From Desulfobacteraceae bacterium (lineage in GTDB: Bacteria; Desulfobacterota; Desulfobacteria; Desulfobacterales; SKZT01), in NCBI GenBank assembly GCA_007127235.1, contig SKZT01000192.1:1-52854 (forward strand): 52,854 nt of DNA, written 5' to 3'. Below the pieces are notes generated by a model. The model searched no databases, was not told the origin of the DNA, and saw only the letters and a program-made list of their open reading frames with translations. The translations under genes and the position numbers were made by a program. Every line of letters begins with the position of its first letter. Positions within the stretch are counted from its first letter, which is position 1. Of the stretch, positions 7,639-14,799 are shown in pieces.

Positions 7639-10374
7639 TTACCTTTTTACGTTCTCACCCTTTCCCATTATCGGCAAGGTAAATGAAAAGGCCGTGCCTT
7701 TGCCGGGCTCACTTTCCACCCAGATTTTTCCATTGTGGTAGTCGATAATTCGTTTGGTGATGGTAAGTCCAAGTCCGCTTCCGGTGGGTTTTCCCCGGGA
7801 AGTGTCCTTGACTTGCCGGAATTTATCAAAAATAATTTTTTGATTTTCTTTGCTGATACCTATGCCATTATCGATGACATCCACTTGCAGGTAATTGTTT
7901 TTTATCCATAAATTGATGGTTATAAGACCTCCATGGGGTTCACAAAATTTGACGGCATTTGAAATAAGGTTGACCATGACCTGGAAAAGTCTGTCCCGAT
8001 CCCCAAGTGCTGCCGGAACTTTTTGCGGGAGGTTCAACTGGGACCTTATTCCTTTTTCTTTTAGCAGTTGGCTTAAAGCGGTAAGCGCATCGTTGATCAC
8101 CTTTTTAATATTTATAGGTGTGACCTGCCATTCCATTCTGCCGGATTCGATTTTTTGAAGATCCAGCACTTTTGAAATAAGGCGGGTCAAGCGTTCCGTT
8201 TCGTTAATGATGATCTGGGTAAATTGCTTTTTCTGACTTTTGCCAATGTTGGGATTATCATGAAGTATTTCGGCCAGTGCACGAACGGAGGTCAAAGGCG
8301 TGCGCAATTCATGCGTAACAGTGGAGATAAAGTCATCCTTGAGTTTATCCAGTTCTTTAAGTCTTTCATTGGCGGCCTGAAGTTCCAGCGAGGTTTTTTC
8401 GAGTTCACGGCTGTATTCGATAACCTGCCGTGTTTCGTCGAGAATATTCATGACCTCTTCGATGCCTAAAGATTCTTCTTTGACCACCGAGGCCACCATG
8501 ACACGGGCCGATGCTGACCCGATGGCTCCAGCCAAGAGTTTTTCAGCGTGATTGACCAAGCCCGCATCCGAGGTCAGTGATTTGTTCCAATCAATTTGAT
8601 GCCTGTTCATATATTCGGAAAGGCCTTCATCGGCTCTTTGCTTTCCTAAAAACCTGCTCAAAAGCGACCGTAAATCAGGAACCGATGCAGTTCCCCGCCA
8701 GAAAAAAGATTCGCCCGGACCTCTGGAATATTTGAACACATCGACAAAAAGCGCTGCCTGTGTGGCTTCAATGGGAGATGGCCGGGTAAAGACAGATACG
8801 CCGACATATGCGCCGATGTTGACCAGCATACTCCAAAAAACCGCGTGGGTGATACTGTTGAATCCTTCCAGACCGAAAAGTTGAAAGGGTTTTAAAAGAG
8901 CAATACCAAAGGGGCCTTCCAAAACAAAATTCTGGTGAATAAATCCGGCCTGAACCAGGGACGGAAGAAAAAGCGTATAGATCCAAACTGCAAAGCCGCC
9001 TATTAAGCCGCAGAGAGCGCCCATCCGATTGCCGTCTTTCCAGAAAATTCCCCCGATTATGGCCGGTGCAAATTGTGCCACAGCGGCAAACGAAACCAGG
9101 CCGATAGAAACAAGTGGATAAAATTCACCGATAAATCGGAAATAAGTATACCCTAACAAAAGGGTGAGAGCGATTCCGGCCCGACGGATTGTCAGCAAAA
9201 AATGGCTCAAATCACTTCTCTGAGCAAACCGAGTGAGAGGCATCCACAAAAGTACCGGCATGACCAGATCGTTGCAGATCATGGTGGAAAGAGCGATGGT
9301 TTCCACAATAACCATGCTTGTGGCAGCAGACATGCCGCCAATATAAACAAAAAGGGCGAGACCCTCCTGGTTTTCAATCATGGGAAGGGTTAACACAAAG
9401 GTATCGGCATCCACGCTTCCATCCGGAAAGTGCAGCAACCCTGCAAATGCCGCCGGCAACACAAAAATGTTGATGGCCAGAAGATATAGCGGAAAAAGCC
9501 ACATGGCCTTATTGATATGTTCTTCGTTGACATTTTCCACTACCCCGATTTGAAATTGTCTCGGCAAACAAATAATGGCCATCATGGAAAGAAATATGCT
9601 GACACCCCAATCTGCAGAGGTACCGTTTTCCATCCCAACTGTGAAAAGCTCGTGCAACTCAGGGTTTTCCCGGGCTTTACTGATAATGTCTCCGAACCCA
9701 TTGTAAATGAAATAGGTAATAAAAATGCCGACTGTTAAAAATGCCACCAGCTTGACAATTGATTCAAATGCAATGGCCGCCACCAGGCCTTCATGACGTT
9801 CGGTGGCTTCCAGGTGACGAGTGCCGAACAGAATGGCGAAAAGGGCCAAAAGCACTGCCACATGAAAAGTGGTGTCTTTGAGCACCGGTATTTGATCGAA
9901 ATGAACCGAGGGCATGACAATATCAGGGTAATTCTGAATAATCTGGAAGCTGATAGAGATGGCTTTGAGTTGAAGTGAAATGTAGGGAATTACACCCAGG
10001 ACAGCGATAATTGTCACCACCCCGGCCAATGATGCGCTTTTTCCGTACCGTGAGGCGATAAAGTCTGCAATGGATGTAATATGATGAATTTTACTGATAC
10101 GAATGATTTTTTTGAGCACCACCCAACCCAGGGCGGCCATGAGTGTAGGCCCGAGATATATGCTTAAAAAGCTGGGCCCCGTATGAACCGCCCTTCCCAC
10201 ACTGCCGTAAAATGTCCATGCCGTGCAATATACGGCAAGCGAGAGAGCATAGATATAAGGATTGCTGATAATGCTTCTGCCGATATCCGCCCTTCGGTCC
10301 CCATAGTAGGCAATGGCGAACAGCAACCCCATGTATCCGAACGAGAAAAAGAAAATGATCCCTGTTTCTAACAT
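7639..10374 (-). CDS. Sodium:solute symporter (SLC5/SSS) domain fused to a histidine kinase (CbrA/CrbS-like sensor without receiver domain)
   Basis: 911 aa. The N-terminal ~520 aa are polytopic membrane SSS-like. A soluble linker and coiled coil follow. Then come an intact H-box (FISTVTHELRTPLTS), N-box (NLISNAVKF), G1 (DNGIGI) and G2 (GSGLGL). Confidence 0.85.
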   Translation of the reverse strand: MLETGIIFFFSFGYMGLLFAIAYYGDRRADIGRSIISNPYIYALSLAVYCTAWTFYGSVGRAVHTGPSFLSIYLGPTLMAALGWVVLKKIIRISKIHHITSIADFIASRYGKSASLAGVVTIIAVLGVIPYISLQLKAISISFQIIQNYPDIVMPSVHFDQIPVLKDTTFHVAVLLALFAILFGTRHLEATERHEGLVAAIAFESIVKLVAFLTVGIFITYFIYNGFGDIISKARENPELHELFTVGMENGTSADWGVSIFLSMMAIICLPRQFQIGVVENVNEEHINKAMWLFPLYLLAINIFVLPAAFAGLLHFPDGSVDADTFVLTLPMIENQEGLALFVYIGGMSAATSMVIVETIALSTMICNDLVMPVLLWMPLTRFAQRSDLSHFLLTIRRAGIALTLLLGYTYFRFIGEFYPLVSIGLVSFAAVAQFAPAIIGGIFWKDGNRMGALCGLIGGFAVWIYTLFLPSLVQAGFIHQNFVLEGPFGIALLKPFQLFGLEGFNSITHAVFWSMLVNIGAYVGVSVFTRPSPIEATQAALFVDVFKYSRGPGESFFWRGTASVPDLRSLLSRFLGKQRADEGLSEYMNRHQIDWNKSLTSDAGLVNHAEKLLAGAIGSASARVMVASVVKEESLGIEEVMNILDETRQVIEYSRELEKTSLELQAANERLKELDKLKDDFISTVTHELRTPLTSVRALAEILHDNPNIGKSQKKQFTQIIINETERLTRLISKVLDLQKIESGRMEWQVTPINIKKVINDALTALSQLLKEKGIRSQLNLPQKVPAALGDRDRLFQVMVNLISNAVKFCEPHGGLITINLWIKNNYLQVDVIDNGIGISKENQKIIFDKFRQVKDTSRGKPTGSGLGLTITKRIIDYHNGKIWVESEPGKGTAFSFTLPIMGKGENVKR

Positions 10375-10375
10375 T

Positions 10376-10675
10376 TTATTCCCCGTTTCGGTGAAGACTG
10401 ATTTTCGGTTTCGGTGAAGACTGATTATCGGTTTGTTGTTTTGAAGGCTTTGGTTTTTTGTCTCTGGGAAGGTATTTTTTGGGATGTATACTGGTGATCA
10501 AAATTAATGAAATGATAATAACGCCCCAGACAAAAAACAAATAGATGTACAGAAGGGGAATGCCCCAGATAAATATTTTATAATTGAATAACGAGAGGAT
10601 GGGAAAGTTAAATACCAGGCAGCCCAGCAAGAAAATACTGAAAATCCGTTTGCTTTTAATACTTTCAGGGGTCAT
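10376..10675 (-). CDS. Small two-TM membrane protein, DUF3311-like putative SSS accessory subunit with a Lys/Pro-rich tail
   Basis: 99 aa. The pattern FNFPILS...GIPLLYIYLFFVW resembles the small DUF3311 proteins encoded just upstream of SSS transporters. The stop lies 1 nt before the kinase ATG, and the start overlaps the SNase gene by 11 nt. Confidence 0.6.
   Translation of the reverse strand: MTPESIKSKRIFSIFLLGCLVFNFPILSLFNYKIFIWGIPLLYIYLFFVWGVIIISLILITSIHPKKYLPRDKKPKPSKQQTDNQSSPKPKISLHRNGE
10385..10426. repeat. 23-nt-period tandem duplication (GTTTCGGTGAAGACTGATT twice, at 10385-10403 and 10408-10426)
   Basis: Read directly. It lies in the last ~16 codons of the DUF3311-like ORF, 10-50 nt upstream of the kinase start. 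The period is not a multiple of 3, so the two copies are read in different frames. Confidence 0.8.
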
Positions 10676-11345
10676 TGAGGTCTCCTAAACTCAGGCATCG
10701 CCTGCACGGTGCATAACCCTGCCAAAAAGCATCCCAGGCACTTGTGAGCAGGATTTCGTTTTTTGGGTGGGTTTTTTTCCCCCAGGAACAATCCGGTGTA
10801 TGAAAACGTTTTGAATTCCTGTTTCCAATATACCATTCCGATTTTTCACGCAGATTTTTCCATATTCCTCTTTTGTGTGCCATGGCCTGCTGTTGTGTCT
10901 TGATCAACAGGTCACGATATTTCAGGTTGGGCTTGCTGTGCAGATAAAAAGCGTATCCTTTTTCCAGGAGGGCTTGATTTACAAACACGCCGTTTTCTGT
11001 GAACACATAGGCCAGTTTTCGTCCAAAGCGATCTGTTTTTTCCCGGTCATATTCCAGTCTCAGCTTTGTGGACAATACCAGTTTTTCATTGTATTCTTTA
11101 GCGGCATATCCATAGGGTTCGGCAATATTGTTCTGATGATCGATTTCAGGAGAATCAATGGCGATATACCTGACAAAAGTGCCATCTTTCAAAACGATGG
11201 TATCGCCATCGGCAACCCATTTGACCCTGACCCACTCTTCCCCGAAAACATAATGGGGAAAAATAAACAGCCAGGCAAGAACCCAGAGTAAAAAGAAGCA
11301 TCTATTAAAAAGTTTTCCGGCCAGATTCCATTTAAGCAAGTTCAC
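10665..11345 (-). CDS. Membrane-anchored staphylococcal-nuclease (SNase/thermonuclease) homolog with a C-terminal Ada-type zinc-binding motif
   Basis: SNase core: VKWVADGDTIVLKDG...VRYIAIDSPE...PYGYAAKEYN...DRFGRKLAYVF...ALLEKGYA. An N-terminal hydrophobic anchor is present (FFLLWVLAWLFIF). The C-terminus FHTPDCSWG...SAWDAFWQGYAPCRRC resembles the Ada N-terminal Zn motif. The start is uncertain. The track gives 11489, which lies deep inside the upstream gene. GTG 11345 gives a 14-nt overlap, and ATG 11429 is also possible. Confidence 0.75.
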   Translation of the reverse strand: MNLLKWNLAGKLFNRCFFLLWVLAWLFIFPHYVFGEEWVRVKWVADGDTIVLKDGTFVRYIAIDSPEIDHQNNIAEPYGYAAKEYNEKLVLSTKLRLEYDREKTDRFGRKLAYVFTENGVFVNQALLEKGYAFYLHSKPNLKYRDLLIKTQQQAMAHKRGIWKNLREKSEWYIGNRNSKRFHTPDCSWGKKTHPKNEILLTSAWDAFWQGYAPCRRCLSLGDLNDP

Positions 11346-12447
11346 AGACTTTTGCAGCGCTTCTATCCAACATTGCCGGCAACCCCCCCCTCTCCGCGGG
11401 GACAAATCCAAGGGAATTTTTCCAGACATGTTCATCCTCCATGCAAAAATACAAGCAAACATCCGGTGCAATTTTTCTGATATGTTCAATAATCGCCTTA
11501 TAGAAACTTATTCTCAAAGGTTTGAAATATCGCATTTTGCCATCCAGGCCTCTGATGAATTCCCCATAGACAATTTTAGAGTGTGGAAATCGTTCTTGTA
11601 TGGTTGGTTTCAACGATGGCATAAAGCGAAAGGTCCCAAGGCTGATCCAGGGAATATTTTCGGGGTTGATATATGAAAATAGTTTTGTAATCACATCTTT
11701 GTAGTCGTTTTCACATCCGGGATAAAGCACCATGGGATCAAAATGAAAGGCTACGGGATATCCCCATTGCTGGCATTTTTGGGCGGCATATAGTCGGGAC
11801 TTGAGAGATGCGGTTCCGCGTTCCTGTGTGCGGATAATTTCTTGGGTGTTCAAAGACCAGGCCAATATGGTTTTTCGGTTGTGTTTCAGGCTTCGGAAGT
11901 TTTCAATGGCGGTGGTTTTTGTTTTAAGCTCCAACACGCAATGGTGCTGATTTGAAAAAATCGGAACCAGCAATTGGGACAAGTCGGTCCCATATTCCCA
12001 GATGAGACTGTCGGTGAATTCGCCTGTTCCGATTCTCAAAAGGATCTTTTGTTCAAGTGCCATGTGAAGTTCTTCAATCATGTCATGGTGATTCACAAAA
12101 AACTGTAATAGCGGTGGATGAAAATAAGACTGTAGTATGCAATAAGAGCAATCCATGGTGCAGAAAGTGCCCACATGAAGAATCTGATAATCACAGCAGA
12201 TATAGTTTTGAGTCCCGGGGCATTTTTTTAAAAATGCACCTTTGTTCCGGGTCAGATAAAGTGTTTTCTTCCCTGCTTTGACCGGGTCGGCATGGGTATT
12301 GATTTTTTCATAAAGGGTTTGGACATCATGGATTATCTCAGCGGAGCATTGGATCCGGTCACATATGGATTTTACCTGTGATAAATGCTGTACAGAGCTG
12401 TCGATATATATTTGTTCGATGGGCATGCTTTTATTGTGATCACCCAA
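11332..12447 (-). CDS. Spore photoproduct lyase-like radical SAM protein (SplB family)
   Basis: 371 aa with the radical SAM cluster motif CTMDCSYC in the context HVGTFCTMDCSYCILQSYF. Overall length and layout resemble SplB-family proteins. The start is TTG 12447 (8-nt overlap with the upstream gene) or ATG 12426. Confidence 0.7.
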   Translation of the reverse strand: MGDHNKSMPIEQIYIDSSVQHLSQVKSICDRIQCSAEIIHDVQTLYEKINTHADPVKAGKKTLYLTRNKGAFLKKCPGTQNYICCDYQILHVGTFCTMDCSYCILQSYFHPPLLQFFVNHHDMIEELHMALEQKILLRIGTGEFTDSLIWEYGTDLSQLLVPIFSNQHHCVLELKTKTTAIENFRSLKHNRKTILAWSLNTQEIIRTQERGTASLKSRLYAAQKCQQWGYPVAFHFDPMVLYPGCENDYKDVITKLFSYINPENIPWISLGTFRFMPSLKPTIQERFPHSKIVYGEFIRGLDGKMRYFKPLRISFYKAIIEHIRKIAPDVCLYFCMEDEHVWKNSLGFVPAERGGLPAMLDRSAAKVCELA

Positions 12448-14770
12448 TCCCTACAAATTCGAAATTGAGTTGGGCCTGGAATTTTTCAATTCGTTTAAAG
12501 ATTTCTTTGAGCATGGTCTGTTCGATGCGGGACAATTTTTTAGGCTTAATGTAATTGTCCGGCTTGGCGTTTTCATCTATAATGGCGGAAATTTGCCGTA
12601 CAAACCTCAACTGCATCATAAAGCTGTAGGCTTGATCCAAATCATTGTAGTCCTGCCACGAGAGCCGGTTTTTAACGTAGAGCTGAAAAAGACGGTCCTG
12701 GGTATTGGTTTCATCGATCTTGTTTTTTAAAGCATAAATTCGCGCATAGTCAACAATGGGCTGCATGGCCGATTTAATATCAAAGGCATCCTGGTGCTGA
12801 CCTTTGGATTCCACCACAAAATTTCGAAAAAAGCCGATGGGAGGTTTGAAGTAGAGTGCATTTTCAGTCAGGTTCCGGAAAAATCCCGCCCAGCCCTCCA
12901 GCGAATCGAATAAAAATTGATGCAGATCCGCAATGAGTGTTTTGTCTCCGTATCCGCATTTAAAATCAAAGAAAATACTGGATTTGAGCAATTGTTCAGG
13001 ACCTCCTGCATATATCCATGATGAAAAATAGTCTTTCCAGACCGACAGTGGCTGGCACCATTTCGGGTTTTGGGCCATATTGTCGCCTTCACAGAAAGAA
13101 TAACCAGCCTGATCCAGCCAACTGCATACTTTTTTACCCAGTTGCAGAAAATATTCCTGGGCCTCCTTTTCAGTTTCACCGGAGACATCCTGATATACGA
13201 TGGCATTGTCCTGATCCGTCTTTAAAGTCTGTTCTTTCCTTCCCTCACTGCCCATGATCATAAAAGCAAAACGCGCAGGAGGATCTCCCAGATCCTGGAT
13301 GGCAAAATCTATCAGTTTCTTCAAGATGGTATCTGAAATAGTGGTGACAAGGCGGGTTACATTTTTAGACTTGGCACCCCCATGAATAAGGGTTTTGATA
13401 ACACCGGGAAGCTGGCTGTGTTTATCGATAATGGATTCGAGAGATGCTGCTTCGGTAATTTCCCGCACAAGAAAGAAGGGTGACTGTTCCTGTGCATTTA
13501 AAAGATCACGATTGGTCACCACCCCGATGACTTTTTCATCCATATCCGTCACAGCCAGGTGTTTGACCCCCGTTTGGGTCATCTGTATCATGGCTTCAAA
13601 AATGAGGGCTTCCTTGGGAATTAAACTGATCGGGTTGGACACAATTTCGGCCACTGGTCGATGGATATCATATCCTGCGGATACGACTTTATTTCTCAGA
13701 TCGGCATCCGTAAGAACACCGGTAAAGTTGTTATTGGAGGACTTGATAAAAACGGAACTTGATTTGTGCCTCGCCATAATACTTGCGGCTTCCTGGATGG
13801 AAACCCCGGAATCACAGTAGACTAGATCCCGGTTATAAACCGTCTCCACCGGCTGGTTGAAAAACTGCTGTTCTTCATGCCCCTGATAAAGGGACTTTGA
13901 CACAATGGCGGCATAGGATCTGTCAAGCATTCGTTTTCCGAAAGTATCCGTGAAATATTCGGAAAAAACCTCATACTCTCTGCAAAGAGCCAAGAACTCT
14001 TTTTTGGGCAAAATATAAAAATAACAATCTTCGGTGCACTTTAGTGTGCGTACGGCAAGGGCATCATTTACCAGAAGCGTGATACCCCCAAAATGCTCCC
14101 CTTCCCCCAAAAGCCCCAGCAGCCTTTTCTGATCGCCTTCCTCATAGTAACGTTCGGCAGCCCCCCTTTGGATGATGTAAAGGTAATCAAGCTTTGTCTG
14201 TCCCTGAACACACATGATTGAGCCCTTGGGGTAGTGAACGATAGAAAGTTTGCCGGCCACCTTTTCGATTTCATCATCAGGAAGAAAAGAAAACGGAACA
14301 ACACTTACAAGAAACTGAAAAGACTGCTCTATGGCCAGTGTGGAAACGTAAGATTCATCAAGCATTCTTTGGCTGTAAATATCCACAAAATATTCTTTGA
14401 TGAATTCATGGCGATTGCACATCTCAAAAAAAGGTTTCTCAGGCATAACATAATAAGCGGCATCTTTTTCTACAGCCACGGTCCTGAAAGAAATGCCCGA
14501 GTTCATCAACATGGAGACTGCTCCGCACAAATCCCCCCGCTGAAGAAAAACGGTAAACGTTTTTTTTCCCCTGATTCCATGGTAAGCTTCAATGGACCCG
14601 CTGTTGACAATAATTAAATGATTGACTTTTGTTTTTCCCTGAGAATAAAGCACCGTGCCTTTAATCTTTTTTTCAATCCAAACCCTTCTGGCGTAATTTT
14701 TCAACTCCTCTTTGGGAAGCTCCGAGAAGGGGGGTATGGTAGATAAAAATTCAAAAGCCTGATCACTCAT
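12440..14770 (-). CDS. Signal-transduction protein: 2x cyclic-nucleotide-binding domains + CBS pair + DUF294 GlnD-like nucleotidyltransferase + DUF294_C
   Basis: 776 aa with two CAP-effector-like domains (LYSQGKT...IIVNSGSIE; CVQGQTKLDYLYIIQRGAAE). The CBS pair is around SSVFI...GVLTDADLRNKV and HLAVTD...IGVVTNRDLL. An NTase core follows (MGSEGRKEQTLKTDQDNAIVY), then a helical C-terminal domain. Confidence 0.8.
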   Translation of the reverse strand: MSDQAFEFLSTIPPFSELPKEELKNYARRVWIEKKIKGTVLYSQGKTKVNHLIIVNSGSIEAYHGIRGKKTFTVFLQRGDLCGAVSMLMNSGISFRTVAVEKDAAYYVMPEKPFFEMCNRHEFIKEYFVDIYSQRMLDESYVSTLAIEQSFQFLVSVVPFSFLPDDEIEKVAGKLSIVHYPKGSIMCVQGQTKLDYLYIIQRGAAERYYEEGDQKRLLGLLGEGEHFGGITLLVNDALAVRTLKCTEDCYFYILPKKEFLALCREYEVFSEYFTDTFGKRMLDRSYAAIVSKSLYQGHEEQQFFNQPVETVYNRDLVYCDSGVSIQEAASIMARHKSSSVFIKSSNNNFTGVLTDADLRNKVVSAGYDIHRPVAEIVSNPISLIPKEALIFEAMIQMTQTGVKHLAVTDMDEKVIGVVTNRDLLNAQEQSPFFLVREITEAASLESIIDKHSQLPGVIKTLIHGGAKSKNVTRLVTTISDTILKKLIDFAIQDLGDPPARFAFMIMGSEGRKEQTLKTDQDNAIVYQDVSGETEKEAQEYFLQLGKKVCSWLDQAGYSFCEGDNMAQNPKWCQPLSVWKDYFSSWIYAGGPEQLLKSSIFFDFKCGYGDKTLIADLHQFLFDSLEGWAGFFRNLTENALYFKPPIGFFRNFVVESKGQHQDAFDIKSAMQPIVDYARIYALKNKIDETNTQDRLFQLYVKNRLSWQDYNDLDQAYSFMMQLRFVRQISAIIDENAKPDNYIKPKKLSRIEQTMLKEIFKRIEKFQAQLNFEFVGIG

Positions 14771-14799
14771 AGAAACTCCTTAATGTTCCACTTACCTGA

